DNA from: Curvularia clavata
Lineage: Eukaryota
NCBI GenBank assembly: GCA_023920165.1
Contig: CP089277.1
Coordinates: 3,906,001 to 3,970,000 of the forward strand
Direction: 5' to 3'
DNA length: 64,000 nt
Below are positions 38,835 to 50,582 of the stretch, one piece after another (positions within the stretch are counted from its first letter, which is position 1; each line of letters begins with the position of its first letter). A program made the position numbers and the translations under genes. The notes beneath the pieces are model-generated. The model was not told the DNA's origin. It made no database searches and worked only from the letters and a program-made list of their open reading frames with translations.

Positions 38835-39574
38835 ATGGTGTCCCTCAAGCAACTTTCCCTTGTCGCCCTCGCCACTGGTCTCGCCGCGGTCGATGCTCAG
38901 TCGACTGGAAAGACAACCCGTTACTGGGACTGCTGCAAAGGGTCCTGCGGATGGGCTGGCAAGGCCAGTGTGAGCCAGCCCATTAGGACATGTGACAGGA
39001 ACGACAACCCCCTTTCCGACGTAAACGCGAAGAATGGATGCGAGAGCGGTGGCTCGGCATACATGTGCACCGACCAATCACCCTGGGCAGTCAACGACAA
39101 CCTCGCTTACGGTTTTGCTGCTGTGAAGCTGTCCGGAAAGACTGAGGCTGACTGGTGCTGCGCTTGTTATGAGTGAGTGGATGCGCAATATCAACGCTGA
39201 AGTATAGCGGCTAATATCTCATGTCTAGGTTGACCTTTACATCGGGACCAGTATCGGGTAAGAAGATGGTTGTGCAAACCACCAACACAGGCGGCGACCT
39301 TGGAGACAACCACTTCGATCTTGCTATGCCCGGAGGTGGTGTGGGTATCTTCAACGGCTGTACCTCACAATTTGGTGCACCATCCAGTGGCTGGGGCCAG
39401 CAATATGGCGGCATTTCGTCACGCTCCGAGTGCGACAGTTTCCCACAGAAGCTGAAGGCTGGATGCTACTGGAGGTTTGACTGGTTTAAGAATGCCGACA
39501 ACCCATCCGTCAGCTTCAAGGAAGTCAGCTGCCCGGGCGAATTGACATCCAAGACTGGCTGTATCAGGCGGTAG
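38835..39574 (+). CDS. GH45 endo-beta-1,4-glucanase, catalytic domain only (no CBM1)
   Basis: Signal peptide, [12 protein letters not shown] signature, '[14 protein letters not shown]', '[13 protein letters not shown]', 'GCYWRFDWF'. One intron; TATA CTATATAA at about 38731. Confidence 0.97.
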
Positions 39575-40782
39575 AGAAAGGACGGAGGAACGATAAGTGG
39601 CTGAGTGCAAGTGCCGCTGTTTATATCCATGGCTAGCACAAAGCAGATTTTATGTATATATGAATCTCGGACGGTAATGACCCAAGGTATAGCAATTGAT
39701 TCAGTTCTGATCAGCACCTGTCACCTTTTTTTTAAGATGCTCGTGTTCATGACACAACCAGAACCGACATCAGAGCAAAAGTGCCGGGTGTTCTCCACAC
39801 CGCCTGGGGATATGCGTATTCGAATCTAACCATATCCTAATGAGCCACTGGGCCCAAGCAGGTAGGTAGGCCTAAAGAGGTGGAGAATAGCCTAAAAAGA
39901 CGCCGAGGACAAATGGAAGGACGAAAGAAGGAAAAGGAGGGGAAATGGGGTTTCCGCAACGGGGACAGGGATGTGCTAAGAAGAAGAGGTCGTCGGGCAG
40001 GTGATTGTGAAGAAGATTCCCGTTTGGGAGACGCGCGTTGGGAGTAAGATGAAGACGATCGGCGGTGGGTAAGATGAGGCGGTGGACACAGACAGAGAGC
40101 ACTGTTAGGGCGCTTTGCCTGGTTGGGAAGGGTGAAACAAAAATGACGCAGCCGCCGGAATGCGGCAGGAGCAACACCAAAAGTTCAGCACCAACCACTG
40201 CCGAGCATTCGGCTTTGCTGACCCCATCACCCTCGGCCGGTGCTGAGCACTGGATATGCATGGCTGCCCCCCCGCATCCGCTGAGGCAGTGATTCACCAA
40301 CAGCAGCCATCCCACACGTTTCAGGCGTCCTCTTAACGGTCAGGTCAGCACCGCCGCGAGTTAACACGCCAGCGTCCATGAACCTTGGACATGATATTCG
40401 TTGATCTCACTCGCACGGCATGACACGAGGTCATGGAGCCGGCGTCAACCTGAACCCACTTCAAAGGCATGGATCGCCACGCCGCCTCGGACACTTGCGC
40501 ATATGTTCTTGACAACAGGTGATGATCTTCGCGGCCTCCACGCTGCTCACGAGGGATACATGTCCTCCCTGAAACCCGTCTTCCTTTCTTATTCACACAT
40601 ACTTGCGTACAAAGACTGCTGCTGCGAACCCCTCCATCCTCTTGCCAAAGCCGCCAGCTTCCCATGGCTACGGCGCCTCTCCTCCATTCTCTGTCACTCC
40701 ACCAGCTCGCCAACACACTCCTTTCCTAATTTTGTCGTCTGCGGTTCAGCCCGGTGCTGCTCCCTCCATCGCTTAGACCGTC

Positions 40783-42198
40783 ATGCCTCACCGCAACCTC
40801 ATATGTCGCCTCCTTTTCTGCGCCATATTTTCTGTATCCGTTCTTAATATCTTTACCAAAGCCTCTGCGCCATTGTTCCACCAGTCCGGAAGACCCACTG
40901 CACGTCAAGGTGTCTCGGACGTTTTCTGCCCTCGGTCTCCGCTCGCCAATGATATCTTGGTCGTCCTACGAACAGGAGCTACCGAGTCCCTCGAGAAGGT
41001 ACCGGTACACTTCCGGACCACATTACGATGCGTACCCCACTTTGTCATACATTCAGACCTCGACGAAGAAATCGAAGGCCATGCTGTTCACGACGTCCTC
41101 AAGGGCGTCAGTGACAAGACCAAACAGGAAAGCGATGACTTTAAGTTGTACCACCAATTGCAACAGCATGGGAGACGCGGAGTAAAGCAGCAACAAGTCA
41201 TGACGTCCCTGTCCGGGTCCTCAAAGGGCGATTATCTCCGCACTGACAACGCTGGATGGCAACTGGACAAGTGGAAGTTCTTGCCCATGATTGATCAAGC
41301 AATCCAAGCGAAGCCCGATGCCAAGTGGTATGTCTTCATTGAGACAGATACATACTTGGGCTGGAACAATCTTCTTGAATACCTCTCCAATTTCGACGAC
41401 AGCAAGCCTTACTACATCGGCAAGCACCTCTTCATCAACCAAGTCGAGTTTGCCTACGGTGGTGCCGGCTTTGCTCTCTCCAATCCAGCCATTATGAAGA
41501 TTTCCGAACAGAGATCCAAGCATCTAGCCGAGTACGAAGAGTTTACAAAGACACACTGGGTGGGAGATTGCGGACTAGGCAAAGTCTTCGAAGACAGCAA
41601 GATTCCGCTCCATCGCGCTTTCCCCCATCTACAGGGTGACTCTCCAGCTACCCTCAACCCAGCTACTTCCAAGATCGACCGCGACCTATGGTGCTACCCA
41701 GCAATTACCTACCACCACGTTTCACCAGCCGAGATTGAGGAGCTGTGGGAGTTCGAGCAGGACTGGTACAGACGACACCAGATTCTCCTGCGCCACCGGG
41801 ACATCTTCATGGAGCTTGTTCGGCCCAAGATCGACACACTAGTCCTAGGGTGGGACAACATGTCCGCCGACAAGGAATACAACGCCCACGACCATTTCGC
41901 AGCAACAAACGAACTCGAAAGGAACGCCTGGAAGTCGTTCGAGCACTGCCGCAATCTCTGCGAAGAGCAGACCGACTGCATGCAATTCTCTTTTGATGCC
42001 GGAAGCTGTGCAGTCTCAAAAACATTCAAGCTGGGCTACGCAAAGCCCAACGGCCGCATCAAGAGCGGCTGGATGCTCGACCGCGTGGATACTCTCTTCC
42101 GGCAGCTCGAAGACCGCTGCGGCTTGCGGGATTGGTTCGCACCCAATGAAAGCCCGTCGAATAGCGAGCTCAAGCTGAGGAGGAAGCGTGCGATATAA
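40783..42198 (+). CDS. glycosyltransferase family 31 (Fringe-like) with a C-terminal Cys-rich PAN/apple-like segment
   Basis: N-terminal signal anchor, 'LRTGATE', 'GWQLDKWKFLPM', 'AKWYVFIETDTY', 'FAYGGAGFALS', 'TYHHVSP', C-terminal 'CRNLCEEQTDCMQFSF..SGW'. Single exon. Confidence 0.9.
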   Translation: MPHRNLICRLLFCAIFSVSVLNIFTKASAPLFHQSGRPTARQGVSDVFCPRSPLANDILVVLRTGATESLEKVPVHFRTTLRCVPHFVIHSDLDEEIEGHAVHDVLKGVSDKTKQESDDFKLYHQLQQHGRRGVKQQQVMTSLSGSSKGDYLRTDNAGWQLDKWKFLPMIDQAIQAKPDAKWYVFIETDTYLGWNNLLEYLSNFDDSKPYYIGKHLFINQVEFAYGGAGFALSNPAIMKISEQRSKHLAEYEEFTKTHWVGDCGLGKVFEDSKIPLHRAFPHLQGDSPATLNPATSKIDRDLWCYPAITYHHVSPAEIEELWEFEQDWYRRHQILLRHRDIFMELVRPKIDTLVLGWDNMSADKEYNAHDHFAATNELERNAWKSFEHCRNLCEEQTDCMQFSFDAGSCAVSKTFKLGYAKPNGRIKSGWMLDRVDTLFRQLEDRCGLRDWFAPNESPSNSELKLRRKRAI

Positions 42199-43161
42199 GC
42201 ATTCGGGCACCCTCATTGTGCCGTATTTCAAGGCACCACACTATCATTTTACGACTTTCTTTTCTTTTCTTTTTTTTCATATTTACACAAAGAGATGATA
42301 CCCCCAACAATAAACACTCGCTTACCTACTAGTATCTTACCAGCATCACGGTGACTGGGTTTTATATAGTCCATGGCCGCACTGCGCGAGCCGCGAATCA
42401 ATAAGAATTAAATAATAGGAATTGGAACCTTGTAGGTGTAATTAAAGAACAAAAAAAAACATCATGGTGCCAAAACTACATGTTAATTGTCCTAAAGTTA
42501 GTGTGTATCAGTTGACTTGCACCAACATGCAACAGGCTCGAACAAAGGTAGGTGAACTGCACGACTTGGACCCTTATCTTCGATGTTTGAAAAAAAAAAC
42601 ACGCACGGGAAAAAGCAAAACAAGCGGGAAGCAAAAGGTAAGTGAAGTTCACACTACAAACTGTCTCGTTTACTTTTTTTTTCTTCTCTGGGCTAAGAAC
42701 AGTCGCTACTACTATACATCCATCACCGATATATTGGAACATTCGAGTCAGAAAGAATCCATCATCAGGTAGGTATCCGCGCCGAACAAGAAGAAAAGCC
42801 AAGAGAGGTGGCGGGAGAGAGAGGAGTACGCTCTGCAGGTGTATCTAATTTGGGTCGACTTCGTCACGGTTATTCCATTGGACCAAGAGAACTAAGAGTC
42901 AAAGAGAACATGGCTGTGCCTTCGCTTATTCGCTGGGTGTAAAACAAGAAAAAAAAGGGGACGGGAAAGAAAAAAGACACCCCTCCAGTCCATAGGCGCT
43001 TTCATCAAGTCGCACTTCCATTACCCCTTTTGGGCTGCGGTTAACTAGCAAAGTATATTATTAATGCACAGAGTGGTAAATTAGAGAGATAAAAAAAATG
43101 AGGAGGAAAACATCATGTCGAGGGAAAAGAGTACAAAGAGCAATCTCTTTGGTTGCTGCTC

Positions 43162-46100
43162 TTACGTTGCCACTGCCGTAGCAGTGCTGTCATGCTTGTG
43201 GTCCGCAATATGGTCACTACTATCGGCATACGCCAACAGCGCTTTTGCATCATCAAGTCCTGAAATCGCCAGGCCTTTCTCGTCTTCTTCATGAATGGTG
43301 CTCTCTTGGAGGCTCTCTTTTGAGTATTCGCTCTTCCGCTCAGCATCGACCAGGCTGTTCTCACCGTCTTCATCCATGAGATTGGGAGGACGCTGGCGCA
43401 TAGCCCGGGCCTTTTCGAGCGAAATGGTCTTTTGTTGGTATGTGGTGGTAAACGGTAGCGTTTCGTCGCGGTCAATGGTTGCTTTCATCAAGGCAGCCAT
43501 CCAAAGTCGCCCGACGGCCAGGCTGTCCACCGCAAAGTAATGCACAATTGGCTTAGTGAATTGAACACCCTTTTGTAGGCCTGCGCGAGGTGGTACCAGC
43601 TTGAAGATGAACATGCCCGACATATCGCTCTCTATGCCCGGAACGCCTTTGGCGCTATCTGCCGATGCCGCAGTTTGGATAGTGGCATTTTGGGGCGAGG
43701 TTGGAGAAGAGGCCGCACCGGTCAATGACGCGTGTAGTCCAGTCATTCGCTCATCGTTTGCTGGTAATACGCGATGTGACGAGATGTCGATTAGACCCTT
43801 CTCTTCAGTGTCGTTCTCGGTGTAGTAGTAAGCAAGACGTCGACCACGCAACACAAACAGACGTGTCTTCCACGTTGTCATGAGACTCGACGACTTCTTC
43901 TTCATCCAACCGCTGTAGTCACAGTTCTCCATGGCCTGCTGAGGGGTGATTTGCTGGCGGCCTTTGAGGTAGGCGCTGGTGCCATGCTTCTTGGTCTTCT
44001 TTCGCGTATCTTTGGTGCTGGTAGAGCTGCCGGTGAGGCGTCTGCTAGGATCCGCCTTGTCCAGTTCGATGCTCTTGGACGCCGAATTACCAGACGGTGT
44101 GCTAGAGCCAGTTCGTGAGGGCGATTGCATTGGGGAATCCTTGTGTGATGTACTAACATCTGCAGCGCTCGCGTTAGCCTTCTCTCCGCCGGTAATCGCG
44201 TCGGATATAGCTCGCAAGCCCCTAGATTGTGATCCTTTCTTGCTGCTAAAAAACGATCGTGTATGTGATTGAGAAGCAGGAGATGGTGAGGCACGGCCGG
44301 TACTCGATGTTTCGCTACCAGGGACATGTGGGGAATTTGCAATAGCATCAATACTGTGCGAGTCGTAGGTGAGCTTGGTCACTGTTGGGTGCATATCGGT
44401 CTGTGGCTTGAGGGGCCGCACAAAATCAAATGCACTGGAGCTGCGTTCGCTCTTAATACTGGTGCCATAGTACTGTTTCGCGGCGCCTGAGATGGGCGTT
44501 GCTGCGCGCAGAGCGGAATCGGCACTGCCAATCCTGCTGTGGCGTTGACTGTACGACATGCGCCGTCCAGCCTCTGTGCTGTAGCTGGCATTGCGAGAGT
44601 GGCTGGGGCTTTCTCTTTTGCGCAAAACATTCCTGTTCTTCCGGTTGTCAATCTCCCCACCAGAGAAGTAACCCCTGTCGATCTCGGCTGGGGCCAATCC
44701 AGGCTCCGCAGCGTCAAATGAAGCTCCGTTGACGCTCGAGGCGTGTGTGTGATGTGAGGAAGAAGGCCGACCGAGATCTTGCGACGACTTTTGAGGGGAG
44801 CCCATTGTCCAATTGCGGTCGAACGACGGTGTCTTTCTGTGCGGGTTGATTGCTGTAACCTGGGACTTGATCATACCCGCTGTACTAGGAGTAGACGGCA
44901 CTTGATTGTAATCCACAGAAGAATGGCGTCTGTTGTGGTTCATACTTCGGACGGATGCAGCAGAGGGACGGACGGGCGACCCGATAGGGGGAGAGGCGGG
45001 CGTGTGCTGAATTAGTGGGGATGTGGCATCCTTAGCGGACGATGGGCCCGCCGACGAGGTTGCTCGCGGGATGTGTTGGCGACTAGTGCTGCCTCGCGAG
45101 CTAATGCTTTCCCTAAGCGTCGGTATGCGTGGAAGGACGGCGCCTGTGGACGCGGCTCGGTTTCTTCCGCCCTCGATTGGAAATTCATCGTGGTCGTCCA
45201 AAGACAGAGCAGCTCTAGTAGCTTCCTTTGCATTCTTGACTTCGGACTGCAGCGCATTGATCTTCATCCAGGTGCGCAGCCGCGGGCCCATGGGTCCAAG
45301 GTCAAACTCTTGCATAAAGATGAAGTTGCGATCCACGCCCAACAGGGCCTCGCCATCAATCTCTTGATCCTTGAACACTTGGCAATGCTTCTTCTCCACA
45401 CCCACGTCTTCCAGATACTCGGCTACGCGGGCAGGCGACCATGTCTTGACCTCCTCCTCGGTATGCCAATTTTGCTCCTCCTCGTCGGTCTCCTGGCCAT
45501 TGATGTAGGAGAGGCGGTGGTGGCTGCTATACTCGCTTTCCGAGTCATTGGCGCGGAGTTCCTTGGTCACGGAATTGTGTCGTGGAGTGTTCATGCCGGT
45601 AATGTGCTCGTCAATGACGCTCAGTGTTTCATGCATGACGGGGCTCCCTATGGTCTGGTCGTCGGGTGGGGTCTCGCCGTTTAATGTCATGCTGATACTT
45701 CGAGGGGCGCTCTGTGCTGACGCTCTCCGTGTTGTTTCTGCTCCTTGGGCGATGTGGAGTGGCTCGGTGGGCGCTGACTTGAGTGGCGACGGGGCGGTTG
45801 AGGATGGTGAGGGTTCTGAAATTGCCATACCGGGCGGGCCCGATGCGTCTGAGGGTGGTCCAGAGAGCTGCGAGGGGTTGCGCGAGAGCATGGTGGGGAT
45901 AGGTGTGGGCTTAGGAGCGGGGCGTGTGTAGACTGGTGGTGCATTAGATGTGCTCATTACAGCCGCAAATACAGGCTTGAAGGGAGGGGTTTCCATGCGA
46001 GGAAGACGGACCTTCTGGGAACAGGCCGTTTTCGCCGGTTTCAGTGTTCTTGCCCAAGAACCAGCCATCGCCAAAGTCGTCGTCGCGCTCAATGAGCTCG

Positions 46101-46275
46101 ATGCGGTCTCCGCGCCGGAGACTCAGCTCGTCGGGGCTGCGGGCGACAAACTCGTCTGCGGCGCCATGTCAGTCGATGGGTCTAGCATGAATGGGAGTGG
46201 GCGCAGGAGAGACTTACGGACTACAACGAGGGTGTCGCCGGGGCGGCAGCCCTCGGTGTGGGAGCGCTGGGCCAT
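43162..46275 (-). CDS. BOI1: polarity scaffold Boi1/Boi2/Pob1 (SH3-SAM-PH)
   Basis: Introns 46156-46217 and 45933-46011 restore an SH3 domain (HEFVARSPDELSLRRGDRIELIERDDDFGDGWFLG..GLFPEVYT). SAM domain (WSPARVAEYL..EIDGEALL) and PH domain (SGWMKKKSS..WKTRLFVLRGRRLAYY) follow. Confidence 0.92.
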
Positions 46276-47088
46276 GGGTGCGGCAGCTCTCGAGGCGTGG
46301 TTGGAGAGGGGCGGGTGTGCAATGCAGAAGGCAGGATGGATTGGTAGTGATGGGATGCAGCGGCGGCAGTCACCCGTCAGCGGAAATGCTTCATGAGGGC
46401 ATCCTGTAGCACTGGGGCTGTATGGCGGGCAGAGAGGCGCCGTGGGTCGGGGCGAGAGGCGATGGCAGCGATGGCAGTGAGGGCAGAAGTGAAGGTGGAC
46501 TGCAATGCCTGCCCAGAGTCGTGGCTCGCCCAGATTAGGTGGTGGGCGGGCAAGCTAACCTTGTGAGGGCCGTGGCCAGGCCAGGATCAACCGGACCTGT
46601 GCCAGCAGACGAACAGAGCGTCCTTGTCACGATGGCGAAATAGTATTGTATTGCTTGCCGCTGGTCCCACCAAAAGCGATATCGTCTCGTCGGTTTCTGC
46701 ATGTTTGCAACCGTCCGTCTCTTTTTCTCCACGCGCGGCAGGCGGCAGCTGAGGCCAAGAGAAGGAAGGGGTTTGCTGCTTGCCCTGCGTGTCTCTCCGT
46801 GTTTGCATCTTGTTTTGTTTCGTTTCCTCTGACTGACTGACTGATGTTTACATAAACACGTGCCCGCTTCCTGCCCTGACTCGCTGCTTCCCTCACAGGC
46901 TGATCGCTCCTGCCCTCGCTTGCTCTGTCTCTCTCTCTCTCACTTCAACCCCCCGCTGTCGCGCACGTGCCCGCGCGATGGACCCACCCCTCCCGCTCGA
47001 AACAAACCGTCCACGGTTGAGTCCGTCCACGTCCACACCAAACATAGTCTCCCTCACATACCGACCCGAATCTTGCTGAGGGTGTGCC

Positions 47089-49905
47089 ATGGTCTCTGCC
47101 GGGCAGCCCCCGCCTCCGCATGCCACCGCGCACACTCTGCATCATGCTCTCGGGAATCTGGGTGGCAGGCAAAAAGACTGGATCGTGTTGCCGTCGCATG
47201 CCCAATTGCTCACTCAACCCACCACCATCCCTGTGCCTCCTACCAAGCGTCGTGGAAGACCTCGCAAGGCTCCTGTAGAGAATCAGACTCCTACGCAGGC
47301 CGTAGACCCGACCCTTCTGTCCACGTCTACACGCCAGCCAGAGCATCAGCAAGCTTTCGTCTCATCTTCTCAGCTACCAAATACCGCTGCCTCTGCGCCC
47401 GGCCTTCCTACAGTCCTTCCATCCCAGACACCCAGTGAGAGCGTGGCGAGTGCCGCCGCCCCAGCACAAGTGCCAGCACCATGGCCAGCCAACTCGGGCA
47501 ATGCCCTTACTCCAGAAATAATTCCAGAGCAGGTGAACATCAATACAGTGCATTTTGAGCCAGTTAGGCAAAACTCAACAGATGGACAAGTCCAACAAGC
47601 ACGAGTTCGCTCACATCTTCCTCCAAATAATCCGGTGCAGACCAGCAGCAGCCCAGTACTAAGACAGAATCCTTCGGCTTTGAACCAAACAAGCGGCCAA
47701 GCGCCAGTGCTCAATCAGCCCACAGACATACAGTTGCATGCCCTAGGGCCGAATCGGACAGCAGCCCCATCATACAGTAGGCCAGGCCTCCGGCCAGCGT
47801 GGTACACAAAACAGGACTGTTTAGATGCTCTTCAAAGGTTTCAGTCCTCTATTCCCGCATCACCTGCTCACGCCAGTGACAGAATGCGAATGGCTGTGCT
47901 ACGGGATGCAGTCGACAGGCAAGACTGGGCTTACTTGACCATGCATCAGTATTACTGTATGCTCACCACATGTCCTGCGAACTTGCCTCATTCTCTGACA
48001 AACGCGCCGACTTTACCCCACGCGTTGAGGCTATTGCACGACGTTCTTCAACCGAATCACACACTGAGTCCTACCGTCTTGTACTTCTTCTCCCATTTCC
48101 CGTTCCCCTTGCAAACAATTCGTGCCACGTGGGGTCCAATCTTCGAGCAACAGATGCATCTATTCAGCTTATTTGTATCTCGCTCGTCAAATTACGAACA
48201 GCTAAGGCAAATATGCGACCAACGTCGTTACCCGCCGCTTGCACGAGAGCTTAGTACCACATTGGGCATCGGGTCGGTAACTTTCCAACGTCTTGTATTT
48301 ACTGCTTTTTACCGGCACATCTGCCGTTGGATACCCTTGAAACCCGCCCTCAAACATTTCGAGGCTCAAGCTCTTGCGATTTTCCAGCAAAATCAGGCCA
48401 TATGTCTTGAATCTCGGTTTGGCTCGGCCTCTGTGCAGTCTCAGGAAGAGATTACTCTGAATCAGGTTGCTGGCCGACAACTCAGAGAGATTATCGAACA
48501 ATACGGAATCGCCCTCCGAGAATTGGGTCTTCCGTCGGCCTCTCCGTACCAGCAGCACCGCCCACATCAACCACAGGGCAATTTTGTGTTGCCATCTAGC
48601 CTCAACAGCCAGATGAGTCATCTCCCCTCGCAGCCTGTTGTCCATCGGTTTACTGGATTGGCTAACGCACCATCTACACCCGTCAATCCAAATATACTAC
48701 CTCAGCCAGCTACCACACGAGCAGCACCGCCTGCTGAAAGTCACAACAAGTCACAGACATCCCTACTCCCCCCGTCTGGACGTAAACAGCCACAACAGCG
48801 GGTACCTAATCCCTCCAGATTCTCTTTGCACCAGGCCAATCTACGAAGCCCAGTCCTCTGCGCCCCTTCCGGTTCTCCGTCTCTCTATACTTTTCACGAC
48901 GGATATGTCAAACCCCCCACGCGGCTATCGGAACCAGGCCGTACAATAGAAACATGGACATTTGCCATGTCACGTGAAGAGATGCAAGTCCTTTGCAAAA
49001 CTGCTCGCCAACCCATGGGCGCTCCTGGCACTAGGAACATCAACGAGAACAGCAAACTGGCAAGTCTTCGTTGTATCAAATGGAATCAGGGAGTAGAGAT
49101 GCCCAAAGAGCATGCCTGGGCGACAACGGAGACGTCATGGATTCCGTACTTGTATATCAGCTTAAACGATACACCTCTCCAAGCACGCAAGAAGCTTCAT
49201 CATGGCAAGGACCTCCCCATCGACGTGACAGATCTGCTTTGCGAAGGCGAAAATGTGCTCAAGATGACTGTCATGGCAGACTCAGGCGACGCGTCCCATC
49301 TCAACTACCTCATCGCCATCGAAGCCATTGGCGTTGTCGCGCACGAGAGCATCAAGCACCGCTGTCTCAGTCAAGGGCGTGTTTCCGCAGAAGAAGTCCT
49401 ACAAGGCATCAAGACCAAGCTCTCTGGTTCCGATGGCGACGACGAAATCAGCATTGTCGAGAGCAACATGACAATCGGGCTACGTGAGCCTTTCAGCCAA
49501 GCCAAAATGTGTGATATCCCCGTGCGAAGCAGAGCCTGTCTGCACAATGACTGTTTCGATCTCGATATCTTTCTGCAATCGCGAGCACGCAAGGGCGACG
49601 CTTCTGTAGCAGATCAATGGAAATGCCCCATCTGCGGCGTCGACGCTAGACCATACACGCTTTTGCACGACGGCTTCATGGAGCTTGTCAAGCAGCAGCT
49701 CGAAGCACAGGGGCTGGCTGACACGCGGCATATTGTCGTTCAGCAAGACGGGTCTTGGAAACCTAAACCAGAGGCTGCAGAGAGCGGTACGGGGGCTCGC
49801 GAGGGATCTGCGGGAAGAGCCCCCACGCCCGTTTCTGCGCGCGCGTCAGTATCGCGGAGATCGTCGATGGTGGCTAATGTCGAGGTGATTGATCTTAGCG
49901 ATTGA
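47089..49905 (+). CDS. MIZ/SP-RING zinc-finger protein with N-terminal AT-hook
   Basis: 938-aa ORF with AT-hook KRRGRPRK, SP-RING 'EPFSQAKMCDIPVRSRACLHNDCFDL..WKCPIC', and SIM-like C-terminus 'VEVIDLSD'. Confidence 0.9.
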   Translation: MVSAGQPPPPHATAHTLHHALGNLGGRQKDWIVLPSHAQLLTQPTTIPVPPTKRRGRPRKAPVENQTPTQAVDPTLLSTSTRQPEHQQAFVSSSQLPNTAASAPGLPTVLPSQTPSESVASAAAPAQVPAPWPANSGNALTPEIIPEQVNINTVHFEPVRQNSTDGQVQQARVRSHLPPNNPVQTSSSPVLRQNPSALNQTSGQAPVLNQPTDIQLHALGPNRTAAPSYSRPGLRPAWYTKQDCLDALQRFQSSIPASPAHASDRMRMAVLRDAVDRQDWAYLTMHQYYCMLTTCPANLPHSLTNAPTLPHALRLLHDVLQPNHTLSPTVLYFFSHFPFPLQTIRATWGPIFEQQMHLFSLFVSRSSNYEQLRQICDQRRYPPLARELSTTLGIGSVTFQRLVFTAFYRHICRWIPLKPALKHFEAQALAIFQQNQAICLESRFGSASVQSQEEITLNQVAGRQLREIIEQYGIALRELGLPSASPYQQHRPHQPQGNFVLPSSLNSQMSHLPSQPVVHRFTGLANAPSTPVNPNILPQPATTRAAPPAESHNKSQTSLLPPSGRKQPQQRVPNPSRFSLHQANLRSPVLCAPSGSPSLYTFHDGYVKPPTRLSEPGRTIETWTFAMSREEMQVLCKTARQPMGAPGTRNINENSKLASLRCIKWNQGVEMPKEHAWATTETSWIPYLYISLNDTPLQARKKLHHGKDLPIDVTDLLCEGENVLKMTVMADSGDASHLNYLIAIEAIGVVAHESIKHRCLSQGRVSAEEVLQGIKTKLSGSDGDDEISIVESNMTIGLREPFSQAKMCDIPVRSRACLHNDCFDLDIFLQSRARKGDASVADQWKCPICGVDARPYTLLHDGFMELVKQQLEAQGLADTRHIVVQQDGSWKPKPEAAESGTGAREGSAGRAPTPVSARASVSRRSSMVANVEVIDLSD

Positions 49906-50582
49906 AAATGTGTGAGTATACTGCTTCCTTCCTTTTTTTTCTTTCACTTTTGCACTTCAGCACCTGGGCGTTTGTAATCACCGAGAAGTCAAAAGGCAAA
50001 ATCACTTTCATGTATCCGGTATCAGAAGGCGTTTGTGTATTTATCTTGTTTGGATGGAGATTTTGTTAGGTGATGATACCCCCCTTTCCCCTGGTTTTGA
50101 TGTACGAATCTTTTGACGAACAACTGTACGATTTTCAGGCTCTTTTTTCTCTCTCTCTCACAACTGTAGATTTATCTATGTAGGCATTGTAATACTTGAA
50201 AGGAATGACTGAACTTGTTCCCGCCCGTTTGATTCTACGCCTGCGTTTGCATGTTCATGTGTGTCAAGGAATTCTAGAGTAAAATGGATATACTAATGTA
50301 TTCTAACTATCTAAATCGCTTGCGCGTGCCCTTTGCTCTATATATGGTCATGACGTTAAATCTGGTTTGGCGGACGACTACGCCAACCGCCGCCGCTTCT
50401 TCTAGGGAAACCTAGCGCTGGGCCAGGTATACTAGAAGGCGGGGGGAAATGAAAAAAAAAAAAAAAACTAAACCTGTTTTTTTTTTTTTCGTCGTCGCAG
50501 AACGCGCACCGCGTGTCGCTGCATCTTTCTCTCAAAGTCTGGGGTACTCCTCATGTTTCCAACACGAGAAGAAAGTGGGCGC

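Noticed and set aside
50452..50489. A16/T13 runs that could form a hairpin between convergent genes
   Set aside because: Homopolymer tracts are ordinary in fungal 3' regions; not a prokaryotic terminator.
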